Below the pieces are notes generated by a model. That model searched no databases and was not told where the DNA came from. It saw only the letters and a program-made list of their open reading frames with translations. Below are positions 33,686 to 44,400 of a stretch of DNA of 64,000 nt, in pieces. The stretch comes from Pirellulales bacterium (GTDB lineage: Bacteria > Planctomycetota > Planctomycetia > Pirellulales > JAICIG01). The DNA lies in NCBI GenBank assembly GCA_040901675.1, contig JBBDYJ010000037.1, forward strand, positions 771 to 64,770, read 5' to 3'. The translations under genes were made by a program, and so were the position numbers. The first letter of the stretch is position 1; every line of letters starts with the position of its first letter.

Positions 33686-35662
33686 ATGACATCTCCGAAT
33701 AATACTGATATCGAAGCGGCAATTGATCTGGAACCCACAACCGCTCTGGAACCCACAACCGGCCCCCTGGCCACCAAGGAACAGCGACCCCTCATGGCTA
33801 CTGTCAGCGCGCCGCCTGCCGCACCGTCCAAACGGATTGTCGACCTGGAAAGTGCCACCGTTCGATTCTGCGGCGATTCGGGCGACGGCATGCAGTTGGC
33901 CGGGACGCAGCTCACCAATACCTCGGCCCTGGCCGGCAACGACGTGGCCACGTTTCCCGACTTCCCGGCGGAGATCCGCGCGCCGCGGGGCACCAAGGCC
34001 GGCGTCAGTGGTTTCCAGATCCACTTTGCCAGCAAGGAGATCTTCACTCCCGGCGACCAGGTCGAGGCGCTGGTGGCCATGAACCCGGCCGCGCTGGTCA
34101 CCAACCTGGTCGACCTGGTGCCCGGCGGGATCCTGGTCATCAACAAGGACGCCTTTGACGAAAAAGGCCTGAAGCAGGCGGGTTACAGCACGAACCCGCT
34201 GGAGGACGGCAGCCTGTCGGCCTACCAGGTGTTCCGTGTGGAGATGACCCGCTTGACCCGGCTGGCGGTGGAAGAATGCGGGCTGGGGGTCAAGGAAAGC
34301 GACCGTTGCCGGAACTTCTACGCCATGGGGCTGGTGTTCTGGCTGTACGATCGTTCGCTGGAACCGACGCTGCGTTATATCGATGCCAAGTTCGGCAAGA
34401 AGTCGCCCGCCGTGGCGGAGGCCAACCGCCGGGCCCTGCACGCCGGATACAACTACGGCGAGACCACCGAAGCCTTCGCCAGCCAGTTTCGCGTCAGCCG
34501 GGCGGAGCTGACCGCGGGAACCTACCGCAACCTCACGGGCAACGAAGCGACCGCCTATGGCCTGATGACGGCCGCCAAGCGCAGCGGCTGCGAGCTGTTT
34601 CTGGGCAGCTATCCGATCACGCCGGCCAGCGATATCCTGCACGAGCTGGCCAGGCACAAGAACTTCGGGGTCCGCACGTTCCAGGCCGAGGACGAGATCG
34701 CGGCCATCACGTCGGCCATCGGCGCCTCGTTTGGCGGCGCCATGGCGGTAACGACCTCCAGCGGGCCGGGCATCGCCTTGAAGCAGGAGGGGATGGGCCT
34801 GGCCGTGATGACGGAGCTGCCCTTGGTCATCATCAACGTCCAGCGGGGCGGACCCAGCACCGGGCTTCCCACCAAGACCGAGCAGGCCGACCTGTTGCAG
34901 GCCCTGTATGGGCGCAATGGCGAGTGCCCGATGCCGGTGATCGCGGCCCGCAGCCCGGCCGACTGCTTCGACGTGGCCCAGGAGGCGTGGCGGCTGGCCA
35001 CGCGGTACATGACTCCGGTGATGATGTTGAGCGACGGCTATATCGCCAACGGTTCGGAGCCGTGGCGGATACCGGACGCGAAGTCGCTGCCGCCGATCGA
35101 GGTCAGGCACCCTGGGGCGACGGACAACGGCGACGTGTTCCATCCGTATGCGAGGGACGAACGGCTGGCCCGTCCCTGGGCGCTGCCCGGCACGGCGGGG
35201 CTGATGCACCGCATCGGCGGGCTGGAAAAGCAGGATGTGACCGGCAACGTCAATTACGAACCGGAGAACCACCAGCACATGGTGAACACCCGGGCCCGCA
35301 AGGTGGCGGGCATTGCCAGCGACATCCCGCTGCAGGAGGTGCTTGGCCCGGAGCGCGGAAAGCTGCTGGTGGTGAGCTGGGGGGGCACCTACGGCGCCTG
35401 CGCCACGGCGGTCCGCGACGTGCTGGAGTCGGGCGGTTCGGTGGCGCACTGCCACCTGCGCTACCTGAATCCCTTTCCTCGCAACCTGGGAGAGATCGTC
35501 AAGCGGTACCAGAAGGTGCTGGTGCCCGAACTGAACCGCGGGCAGTTGAGGCTGCTTTTGCGGGGCGAGTTCCTGGTCGATGCGGTCGGGCTGAATAAAA
35601 TTAAGGGGAAGCCGTTCAGCGTTTCCGAGATCGTCGAAAAAATCCAAGAACTGCTCGCCTAG
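33686..35662 (+). CDS. korA: 2-oxoglutarate:ferredoxin oxidoreductase subunit alpha
   Basis: 658 aa, fused gamma/alpha-type arrangement (FCGDSGDGMQLAG...; GNEATAYG...YPITPAS; GGPSTGLPTKTEQADL), followed by the beta subunit. Confidence 0.9.
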   Translation: MTSPNNTDIEAAIDLEPTTALEPTTGPLATKEQRPLMATVSAPPAAPSKRIVDLESATVRFCGDSGDGMQLAGTQLTNTSALAGNDVATFPDFPAEIRAPRGTKAGVSGFQIHFASKEIFTPGDQVEALVAMNPAALVTNLVDLVPGGILVINKDAFDEKGLKQAGYSTNPLEDGSLSAYQVFRVEMTRLTRLAVEECGLGVKESDRCRNFYAMGLVFWLYDRSLEPTLRYIDAKFGKKSPAVAEANRRALHAGYNYGETTEAFASQFRVSRAELTAGTYRNLTGNEATAYGLMTAAKRSGCELFLGSYPITPASDILHELARHKNFGVRTFQAEDEIAAITSAIGASFGGAMAVTTSSGPGIALKQEGMGLAVMTELPLVIINVQRGGPSTGLPTKTEQADLLQALYGRNGECPMPVIAARSPADCFDVAQEAWRLATRYMTPVMMLSDGYIANGSEPWRIPDAKSLPPIEVRHPGATDNGDVFHPYARDERLARPWALPGTAGLMHRIGGLEKQDVTGNVNYEPENHQHMVNTRARKVAGIASDIPLQEVLGPERGKLLVVSWGGTYGACATAVRDVLESGGSVAHCHLRYLNPFPRNLGEIVKRYQKVLVPELNRGQLRLLLRGEFLVDAVGLNKIKGKPFSVSEIVEKIQELLA

Positions 35663-35693
35663 AACTTTTGAACGAGGTTCCAAAAAAAACGAT

Positions 35694-36716
35694 ATGTCGA
35701 CCGAAAGTGCGTTGCCGGTTCTGAGCGCCACCGATTTTGCCAGCGACCAGGATGTGCGCTGGTGCCCCGGCTGCGGCGATTACTCGATCCTGGCCCAGAT
35801 GAAAAAAATCCTGCCCACGCTGGGGATCTCTCGCGAGAAGACCGTGTTCGTGTCGGGCATCGGCTGCTCCAGCCGCTTTCCCTACTACATGAACACCTAC
35901 GGCATCCACTCCATCCATGGCCGGGCGCCGGCGGTGGCCACCGGGCTGAAGAGCACGCGGCCCGATCTGTCGGTGTGGGTCATCACCGGCGACGGCGACG
36001 GGCTGAGCATCGGCGGCAACCACTTGATGCACTGCATTCGCCGCAACCTGGACATCAACATCATCCTGTTCAACAACCGCATCTACGGCTTGACCAAGGG
36101 CCAGTACTCGCCGACCTCGCCGCTGGGCAAGGTGACCAAGAGCACCCCCATGGGCGCCATCGACAATCCGCTGTTGCCGCTTTCGATCGCCATCGGCTGC
36201 GAGGGGACGTTCGTGGCCCGCTCGATCGACACCAACATCAAGCACCTGGGCATGGTGCTCAAGCGGGCGGCCGAGCATCGCGGCACGTCGTTCGTCGAGG
36301 TCTACCAGAACTGCAACGTGTTCAACGACGGCGCCTTCGAGTACGCCACCGATCGCGACACCAAGGCCGACACGACGCTGGAACTGGAGCACGGCAAGCC
36401 GCTGATCTTCGGCAAGAACCGCGACAAGGGCATCCGGCTCAACGGCATGAACCCTGAAATCGTCGAGCTGGGCAAGGGGGTCAGCGAGGACGACCTGTTG
36501 TTCCACGACGAACGGGCCACCGAGCCCAGCCTGGCCTACCTGCTCAGCAGGATGCGTTATCCGGAGTTCCCCGAGCCGATCGGCGTTTACCGGGCAGTCG
36601 ATCGCCCCATGTACGACGACTTGATCAACGGCCAGATCGCCGAAGCCCGCAAGGCCAAGGGAGACGGCGACCTGCAAAAGCTTTATAATGCCGGCGACAC
36701 CTGGACCGTGAACTGA
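35694..36716 (+). CDS. korB: 2-oxoglutarate:ferredoxin oxidoreductase subunit beta (TPP-binding)
   Basis: WCPGCGDYSIL, GIGCSSRFPYY, and the TPP motif GDGDGLSIGGNHL...NNRIYGLTKGQ. Confidence 0.92.
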   Translation: MSTESALPVLSATDFASDQDVRWCPGCGDYSILAQMKKILPTLGISREKTVFVSGIGCSSRFPYYMNTYGIHSIHGRAPAVATGLKSTRPDLSVWVITGDGDGLSIGGNHLMHCIRRNLDINIILFNNRIYGLTKGQYSPTSPLGKVTKSTPMGAIDNPLLPLSIAIGCEGTFVARSIDTNIKHLGMVLKRAAEHRGTSFVEVYQNCNVFNDGAFEYATDRDTKADTTLELEHGKPLIFGKNRDKGIRLNGMNPEIVELGKGVSEDDLLFHDERATEPSLAYLLSRMRYPEFPEPIGVYRAVDRPMYDDLINGQIAEARKAKGDGDLQKLYNAGDTWTVN

Positions 36717-36757
36717 TCTTTGCACGTGGCTGCGGTCCGGACCGAGGGACGCTTCGC

Positions 36758-37297
36758 ATGCTGATCTGCCCCTTCTGCGGCGACGAAAATATCGACGGGG
36801 CCGACGTCTGCGAGCAATGCCAGCAGCCGCTGGAGTTCTTGTCGAAGCCGCGGCCTGCCTCGCGCATCGAGTACAGCCTGGTTCGGGACCGGGTCTACAT
36901 GCTGGCCCCCGGCCGGCCGGTCGTGGTGGAGGCCGACACACGGGTGCGCAACGTGTTGCGGCTGCTGGTCGACCGCAAGGTAGGCTGCGTGGTCGTGGTG
37001 CGGCGGACGGCCGACGCGCCGGACGCGGTGGTCGGCATTTTCAGCGAGCGCGATGCCTTGTTACGGTTGAACACCGACGTGGCCGAGGTGGCCGACCAGC
37101 CCATCTCGCAGTTCATGACGCCCTCGCCTGAGATGGTCGAGTCCGACGCCTCGATCGCCTTTGCCCTGCACAAGATGGACATCGGCGGCTACCGGCACCT
37201 GCCCGTGCTGACCGACGGCCGCACCAGCGGCGTCATCTCCATTCGCGACATTCTCCGCTACGTCACCGACGGCCTACTGGCGGCCGACCTGGGTTGA
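36758..37297 (+). CDS. CBS-domain pair protein with N-terminal zinc ribbon
   Basis: MLICPFCGDENIDGADVCEQCQQPL (CxxC-x12-CxxC) followed by two CBS units (GIFSERDALLRL; MDIGGYRHLPVL...ISIRDILRY). Confidence 0.8.
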   Translation: MLICPFCGDENIDGADVCEQCQQPLEFLSKPRPASRIEYSLVRDRVYMLAPGRPVVVEADTRVRNVLRLLVDRKVGCVVVVRRTADAPDAVVGIFSERDALLRLNTDVAEVADQPISQFMTPSPEMVESDASIAFALHKMDIGGYRHLPVLTDGRTSGVISIRDILRYVTDGLLAADLG

Positions 37298-37304
37298 AGT
37301 TCGC

Positions 37305-37449
37305 AGTGACCCGATTCATCGGGTCCGGCTGCTCGTTTGGCTCTTCGACCGCATGAATGCGGTCACTACAAGCCCGTTCGGAGTGACCCGATTCATCGGG
37401 TCCGGCCGCTCGTTTCGATCTTCGACCGCATGAATGCGGTCACTACGAG
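37305..37449. repeat. two tandem 77-bp units, each with two palindromes (GACCCGATTCATCGGGTC and GACCGCATGAATGCGGTC)
   Basis: Unit 1 is 37305-37381 and unit 2 is 37382 to about 37449. Nearly identical on direct reading. Confidence 0.85.
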
Positions 37450-37582
37450 CCTACCGAGCCTACCAACCGGCTGCGCCGCCAGTTACGCTGGATGGGCCGC
37501 ATGCAGGCCAAGCCACGGAATCCGTGGTTTTTTTTGCGGCGCGATTCGCCCACTTTTCGTGACTAATCAGAAAGGGAAGGCC

Positions 37583-38197
37583 ATGTGTGCCGCCGCCCAG
37601 GTGGACCCGGAGCAGCTTTTGAAGCTGGCTCGGGCCGGCTCGGACGACGCTCTGGGGCAGCTCATGGAGCTGTATCGCAACTATTTGGGCCTGATGGTCC
37701 GGCTGCAGATCGGCCGCCGTCTGCAGGGGAAGGTGGACGAGGCGGACCTGGTGCAGGAGACGTTCCTGGAAGCGCACCGTCATTTCAGACAGTTCCGGGG
37801 CGCGAGCGAAAGTGAATTGGTGAGCTGGCTGCGGCAAATCCTGGCCGCCAAACTGGCCAACCTGGTCCGCCGCTATTGCGGCACACAGCGCCGCGACGTG
37901 CGGCTGGAACAGGAACTGGCCGCCGAGCTGGACCAATCGTCGCAAGCGATGGATCGGGGGCTGGTGGCCAATCAGAGCTCGCCCAGCCAGCAGGCCGCCC
38001 GGCGGGAGCAGGCGGTGCGGCTGGCCGATGCGCTCAAGGAGCTGCCGGAGGCATATCGAGAAGTGATCATCCTCTCTCACTTGGAAGGTCTGAGCTTTCC
38101 CGAGGTGGCCAGCCGCATGGGGCGTACCGTGGATAGCGTGAAGAATCTTTGGGCCCGGGCCCTGGCCCGGCTGCGCCGCTCGCTGGGAGACCCCTGA
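37583..38197 (+). CDS. ECF-type RNA polymerase sigma-70 factor (Ser/Thr-kinase-associated type)
   Basis: AAAGGGAAGG before ATG 37583. Region 2 (DLVQETFLEAHRHFRQF) and region 4 (REVIILSHLEGLSFPEVASRMGRTVDSVKNLWARAL). The stop overlaps the kinase start (TGATG). Confidence 0.9.
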   Translation: MCAAAQVDPEQLLKLARAGSDDALGQLMELYRNYLGLMVRLQIGRRLQGKVDEADLVQETFLEAHRHFRQFRGASESELVSWLRQILAAKLANLVRRYCGTQRRDVRLEQELAAELDQSSQAMDRGLVANQSSPSQQAARREQAVRLADALKELPEAYREVIILSHLEGLSFPEVASRMGRTVDSVKNLWARALARLRRSLGDP

Positions 38198-41100
38198 TGG
38201 ACGGCGGGACAGACTGGCCTGATCCGCCCGGCCGGCCGGACGGTGGCCGCACCTCCCACGGTGAAGCTTTACCGCCGAGCGGTCTGGACGCGCTTGCCGA
38301 CGACGCGAGCCTGGATGCCCGCCTGACGCGGGCCTTGGAACAATACCGATCGCTGCTCGAAGCGGGCCACCGGCTCGACCGCACCGAGTTCTTGGCGCGC
38401 GATCCAACCATCGCCGATCTCTTAGACGAGTGCTTGGCCGGACTGGAGTTCGTGCACGCCGTGGCCCCCCAGTTGAGCGGCACGGGCCGGACCCGATCTT
38501 TGCCGGAGGCCTGGAATGCCGGATCGACCGAGCGGATCCAGGCGGCGATGGCCCTGGGCGACTTTCGCATTGTGCGGGAAATCGGCCGGGGCGGGATGGG
38601 CATCGTGTACGAGGCCGAGCAGCTCTCGTTAGGGCGCCGTGTGGCCGTCAAGGTGCTCCCCTTCGCCGGCGCCTTGGACGCCAGGCAACTGGAGCGGTTC
38701 AAGCACGAGGCGCAGGCAGCCGCGCAACTGCACCACGGCAACATCGTGCCGGTGTTCTACGTGGGCTGCGAGCGGGGCGTGCACTTCTACGCGATGCAGC
38801 TCATCGAGGGACGAACGCTGGCGCAAGTGATCGCCGGGCTGCGGGAGTCGACCTCGTCGGTTGACGCAGTTGCCGAGGAGTCCGAAGCGGTCCAATCGCC
38901 GAGCCGATTGCGGGGCAGCGAACCAGGCACTGGAGTTGTCGACGAGACGTTGGCAGCGTCGGCGACCGGCTCGACGCTTTCGTGCCATGACGGGCCGGGC
39001 TTTTTCCGCACGATGGCCGGCCTGGGCATCCAGGTGGCCCAGGCGCTGGAGTACGCACACTTGCAGGGCGTGGTGCATCGGGACATCAAGCCATCGAACT
39101 TGCTGCTCGATTTGCGGGGCAAGGCCTGGGTGACCGACTTTGGCCTGGCCCTTGCTCCGGCCGATGCGACGTTGACGATGACGGGCGACTTGCTCGGCAC
39201 GTTGCGGTACATGAGCCCGGAGCAGGCTTTGGGCAGGCGGGTCCTGGTCGATCACCGCACCGATATTTATTCGCTGGGAGTGACGCTCTACGAGCTGTTG
39301 ACTTTGCAGCCGGCCTACCAAGGACGCGACCGAGAGGAACTGTTGCGGCAGATTGCCCAGGACGAGCCCAAGCCGCCCCGGCGGCTGAATCCTGCGGTGC
39401 CGGTCGAATTGGAGACGATCGTCTCGAAGGCGATCTCCAAGGCACCCGAAGACCGCTATACAAGCGCGGGCGAACTGGCCGACGACCTCCAGCGCTTCTT
39501 GGATGACCGACCGATTCACGCCCGCCGGCCCACGCTGGCGCAGCGGGCCCGGAAGTGGGGCCGCCGTCACACGCCCCTGGTGGTCTCGGCGGCCATATCG
39601 GCGGCTGCACTGCTCATTTTGGCGGTGGCGTCGTTGGCGATCAGCAATCGTTTGATTTCGAGCGAGCAGGTTCGCACTCGCCAGGCCCTGGGGAGGGCCA
39701 AGGCAGGATTCGAGGCGGCCGATGCCGAACGCCTGCGGGCCGAGGCCAACCTGCAAAAGGCGATGGACACGGTGGACCGCTTGCTGACGCGCGTCTCAGA
39801 GCAACGGCTGGCCGGCATTCCGGAATTCGAGCCGTTGCGGCGCGAGCTACTCGAGGACGCTTTAAAGCTTTGCCAGGAGCTCCTCGACCAGAATGGGGAG
39901 AGCCCGGCGGTTCGTTATGAATTGGCCCTGGGTCAATCGAGGGTGGGCCGGATCTATAGTCTGCTGAATCAGCTTGAACAGGCCGAGCACGCCTTCCGCG
40001 AGTCGATCGCCCTGGCGTCGAAACTGGCCCAGGAGTTTCCCGAAGAGAGCAAGTTCCGCAGCACGCTCGCCGAGGCGAACGTCGAGCTGGGCCGCCTGTT
40101 GCTGCCCAAGGAGGGGCGGCAAGCCGAGGCCGAAGGAGCATACCGCCGGGCCCTGGGGCTGCTGGAGCGGCTGGCAGCCGAAGTGCCTTCCGATACGAAA
40201 AGAGCAATTCGCCAGGCCGTCGCGCACCGCGAGTGGGGGTACTTGCTCTGGCAGGCCGGCCGGCTGAGCGAAGCGGAACTGGAGTTCCGCCGCGCGCTGG
40301 AGTTGCAAGGAAAACTGCCTTCCGAGAATGGGGCGCGTGGCCTAGGGCGGCTAGAGTTGGCCCGCACATGGAACTCGCTGGGCCTGCTGTTGCGGCAATC
40401 GGCCAGGGCGGCCGAAGCCGAACAGGCCCATCGCCGGGCCGTTGCCCTGCTCGATGCCGAGAACTTGCAGGTCCGGCGGACGGAAGCGCTGTCGCACGAA
40501 GCGGCGCGCAGCTACGGCCACCTGGGGCTGGCGCTGCGAAGGCAGGGACGGCGAGACGAGGCGGAGGCGGCGCTGAGGCGCGCGATTGACATCCGGCAAA
40601 AGGCGGTCGACCGATGGCCGAAGTCGCGATTCTCCCGGGAAGAGCTGGCGTTGACCTGGTTCAGTCTGGCTGACCTGCTGGAGGCGGCCGGCCGGGCCGA
40701 CGAGGCGGAACAAGCCTACGGCCAGGCGATAGCCGGCTGGCAGCTTCTGTGTGATGAGCGTTCAGGACCGTACGAGCATCGCCATAGGCTGGGATCGTTA
40801 ACGGCCGCGCTGGGCGGTCTTCTGTATCGTCGAGGCCGGTTGGTCGAAGCTGAAACTCTTTTCAAGCAGGCTGAAACTGTCTACCGCCAGGCGCTACTCG
40901 AGTTCCCCGGCCGCAGCGACGTACAGGACGAGTTGGCGTGGCTGCTGGCGACCTGCCCCGAGGCCCAGCGCCGTCAACCCGCGGAGGCAATCCGGCTGGC
41001 GGAAGGGGCCATCGCCGCCAATCCAGGGCAATCGCACTATTGGAGCACGCTGGCCGTCGCCCAGTATCGTCGCGGTGATTATGCCGCCGCGATCCGTTCG

Positions 41101-41385
41101 GTCGGGCGGTCCACCGAGTTAAGTCCCGCCGGCGAAGGACTCGCCGCGCTGGTTCGCGCCATGGCCCACGCCCGGTTGGGCGAAATCGATGCGGCCCGCG
41201 ACTGGCTGCGGCGCGGGACTGAGTGGATCCTGGCTAACAACCCTGACAACCTGGAGCTGGCGCAATTCCGCGCCGAGGCCGAAGAGTTGATCCTTTCCGG
41301 CCCTGCATCCCAGTCGGGAGCGCCCGACAGTGCTTCCGCGGCGCGAAGACTCGATGGCGTCGACGAGTTTCCTCTTTCCGACTGA
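38197..41385 (+). CDS. membrane Ser/Thr protein kinase with extracytoplasmic TPR domain
   Basis: Hanks motifs GRGGMGIVY, VAVKVL, HRDIKPSNLLL, DFGLA and YMSPE. One TM helix (LVVSAAISAAALLILAVASLAI). About 600 aa of TPR-like repeats follow. Confidence 0.9.
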   Translation: MDGGTDWPDPPGRPDGGRTSHGEALPPSGLDALADDASLDARLTRALEQYRSLLEAGHRLDRTEFLARDPTIADLLDECLAGLEFVHAVAPQLSGTGRTRSLPEAWNAGSTERIQAAMALGDFRIVREIGRGGMGIVYEAEQLSLGRRVAVKVLPFAGALDARQLERFKHEAQAAAQLHHGNIVPVFYVGCERGVHFYAMQLIEGRTLAQVIAGLRESTSSVDAVAEESEAVQSPSRLRGSEPGTGVVDETLAASATGSTLSCHDGPGFFRTMAGLGIQVAQALEYAHLQGVVHRDIKPSNLLLDLRGKAWVTDFGLALAPADATLTMTGDLLGTLRYMSPEQALGRRVLVDHRTDIYSLGVTLYELLTLQPAYQGRDREELLRQIAQDEPKPPRRLNPAVPVELETIVSKAISKAPEDRYTSAGELADDLQRFLDDRPIHARRPTLAQRARKWGRRHTPLVVSAAISAAALLILAVASLAISNRLISSEQVRTRQALGRAKAGFEAADAERLRAEANLQKAMDTVDRLLTRVSEQRLAGIPEFEPLRRELLEDALKLCQELLDQNGESPAVRYELALGQSRVGRIYSLLNQLEQAEHAFRESIALASKLAQEFPEESKFRSTLAEANVELGRLLLPKEGRQAEAEGAYRRALGLLERLAAEVPSDTKRAIRQAVAHREWGYLLWQAGRLSEAELEFRRALELQGKLPSENGARGLGRLELARTWNSLGLLLRQSARAAEAEQAHRRAVALLDAENLQVRRTEALSHEAARSYGHLGLALRRQGRRDEAEAALRRAIDIRQKAVDRWPKSRFSREELALTWFSLADLLEAAGRADEAEQAYGQAIAGWQLLCDERSGPYEHRHRLGSLTAALGGLLYRRGRLVEAETLFKQAETVYRQALLEFPGRSDVQDELAWLLATCPEAQRRQPAEAIRLAEGAIAANPGQSHYWSTLAVAQYRRGDYAAAIRSVGRSTELSPAGEGLAALVRAMAHARLGEIDAARDWLRRGTEWILANNPDNLELAQFRAEAEELILSGPASQSGAPDSASAARRLDGVDEFPLSD

Positions 41386-41430
41386 CGCGACAAACCCAAC
41401 ACGAACATCCCAAGGCGGGAGTAACTTACC

Positions 41431-44400
41431 ATGGCGCGTACCAAGCGCTCGAGGACTAGAACTCAACGGCCGCGCGGACCATTGCCTTGCACCGGCAACC
41501 GCTGTTTCGGGCGTCTGCGGGGCGAGTGGCTCGAGCCGCGCTGGCTCTTGGCACTCGATACCGTCTACATTTGCGAGACGTTGCAGGAGGCGTTCACCGA
41601 GTTCGAAACGCACAGCGGCACGCTGGCGGGTTTGGTGGATCCCAATGCCAGTTCCAATAGCCCCCTGGCCAACGGCCTGCCGCTGATTTCGGACGCCGAC
41701 TGGGACACGGCCGTGGACCTGGTGTCGGCGCTGGCTTCAGTCGACTTTCCCACGCTCAATTGCGGCGGACTGAGCACGGCCGACGTCAAGCAGGAACTGG
41801 AAAGCCATGGCTTTACTGTTTCGTTCATCATCTCGGATGCCGAGCTGGCGCAGGTCGACGCGGGTGACGGGACTAACCTGATCACGGTCAGCAAGCCCCA
41901 TCAGTTCAACAACTTGTTGGACCCCAGCGGGTTGGACGTCGCCCAAGACCTGGGCATCAGCTCCATCCCGGCGGGCGCCATCAGCGGCGCGCTCGATGGC
42001 GACGTCGCACTGGCGCTCGACTTGACCGTTGGAGCCACGTCCAGCGGAGCCTACTTCGGGCCTGAAAGTAACCTGGCACTCGACGTCGACGTGGCCGGCA
42101 GTCTCGCCGCCAATATTCCCCAGCTCAACGTTGCCGCCCAAGGTGCGTTGGACTTTGTCTCCGCGGTTTCATTTTCCGGGTCCGACACCGACGCCGACGG
42201 AAAGGTGACCTCCGCCGAGCTGTCAGCGGGCATCGGCAGCTTGCCGCTCGATTTGCTAGGGACGGCTGCGCTCGATGTCGACGGCGAACTGGCGCAGTTC
42301 GATGTCCAGGTTCAAGGCGATTTCCAATGGGCATTGGACAATGCCGGCGCGCAGCTCAATCGGACTGATTTTTCGCTTGGAAACGCCACGTTCTTTAGCG
42401 GCCAGGTGGCCGTCAGCAACGTCACCGGCACTTACGACGGCAGCCTGGCCACTATTGAATCGGGCACGGTCCAGCTCGATCCGGCCGTCTTCGGCCCGAA
42501 TGCCAGCGCCTCGTTATCCGAGCCGATCGTGCTCGATGCGGACAGCGTGCAGTCAGGGGCCGCTCTGTTCAGCAATTTCGATCTGCCGCAGGTAGGCGGT
42601 TTTCAGGCCACTATCGACTCGGCCCTGCTGTCCTTCAGTGCCCAGAGCGACTTCGAGCTGGCCGAAGTGGCCGGGCACGTGCTCGCTCATGGAGTGGTCA
42701 TCGATTTTGGAGGCGTGATTCAATCGAACGGCGATTTTGCTCTGGCCGCCGACGTCGCTGGGTTTGATTTGGGTTCCGTCACGGTCCAGCTTTCCGGCAA
42801 CATCAGCCGCACCGCCGGCGAGATTGATTTTGCTCTCACCGCCGATCTGGCGGGTGAATTGATTGCGGGGCTCGTCATCGAAGAACTCTCGCCCGGTGAG
42901 CCATCCCACGTCAATCTCACGGCAGCCGGCGGCCTCGTGCTGGACGCCCGGGCCGAGGCGTTTGGAGTGAACCTGCTGCTGGCTGGCGACGTCGATCCCA
43001 CGGGCGACTTTTCCGTGGATGCCACGGCTGACAGCTTCGAGCTGGGCGACTTGGACGTGGACCTGGTCGGCACGCTGACGCGCCTAGCAGGCGTGATCGA
43101 CTATTCGCTTGCTGCCGAGATTGCCGGCACGCTGGTCGCCGGTCTGGTGATTGAAGAGCTTTCCCCGGGGCAGCCGTCGCTGGTCACGTTGACCAAGGAT
43201 GACGGTCTGGAGTTGGACGCGCGGGCCGAGGCGTTCGGCGTCAAGCTGCTGCTGGCCGGCGACATCCATCCCACGGGCGATTTTTCCGTGGACGCCACGG
43301 CCGACAGCATCGAGCTGGGCGCTTTGGAAGTGGACTTGGTCGGCACGCTGACCCGCGTTGCGGGGGTGATCGATTACTCGTTGGCTGCCGAGATTGCCGG
43401 CACGCTGGTCGCCGGCCTCGTGATTGAAGAGCTTTCCCCTGGGCAGCCGTCGCTGGTCACGCTGACCAGGGACGACGGTCTGGAACTGGACGCACGGGCC
43501 GAGGCGTTTGGCGTCAAGCTGCTGCTGGCCGGCGACATCCATCCCACGGGCGACTTTGCGCTGGATGTCACTGCCGACAGCTTCGAGTTGGGCGACTTGG
43601 ACGTGGACCTGGTCGGCACGCTGACCCGCATCGCGGGCGTGATCGATTACTCGCTGGCTGCCGAGATTGCCGGCACGCTGGTCGCCGGGTTGGTGATTGA
43701 AGAACTTTCTCCGGGTCAGCCGTCGCTGGTCACGCTCACCAGGGAGGATGGTCTGGAACTGGACGCTCGGGCCGAGGCGTTTGGCGTGAAGCTGCTACTG
43801 GCGGGAGCGATTCATCCCACAGGCGACTTTGCGCTGGACGTCACTGCCGACAGCTTCGAGCTGGGCGACTTGGACGTCGACCTGGTCGGCACGCTGACCC
43901 GCATCGCGGGGGTGATCGATTACTCGTTGGCTGCCGAGATCGCCGGCACGCTGGTCGCCGGGTTGGTGATTGAAGAACTTTCTCCGGGCCAGCCGTCGCT
44001 GGTCACACTCACCAAGGACGACGGCCTGGAGCTGGACGCACGGGCCGAGGCGTTTGGGGTGAAGCTGCTGCTGTCCGGCGATGTCCACCCCACGGGCGAC
44101 TTTTCCGTGGACGCCACGGCCGACGGTTTTGAGCTGGGCGACTTGGACGTGGACCTGGTCGGCACGCTGACCCGCATCGCGGGCGTGATCGATTACTCGC
44201 TGGCAGCCCAGATTGCCGGCACGCTGGTGACCGGGCTGGACATCGTGGAGTTGGCCCCGGGGCAGCCGTCGCTGGTCACGCTCACCAAGGACGACGGTCT
44301 GGAACTGGACGCGCGGGCCGAGGCGTTCGGTGTGGACCTGTTGCTTTCGGGCACAATCAATGCCGCCGCAGACTTTTCCATCGTGGCTACGGCGGATGGG

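Noticed and set aside
33251-35731. 826-aa ORF on the minus strand
   Set aside because: It is exactly antisense to korA, which has clear family motifs. Its translation is an Arg/Gly/Ala/Pro-rich low-complexity sequence typical of out-of-frame reading in high-GC DNA.
35616-36941. 441-aa minus-strand ORF
   Set aside because: Antisense to korB and the CBS/Zn-ribbon gene. Low-complexity Arg/Ala/Gly composition.
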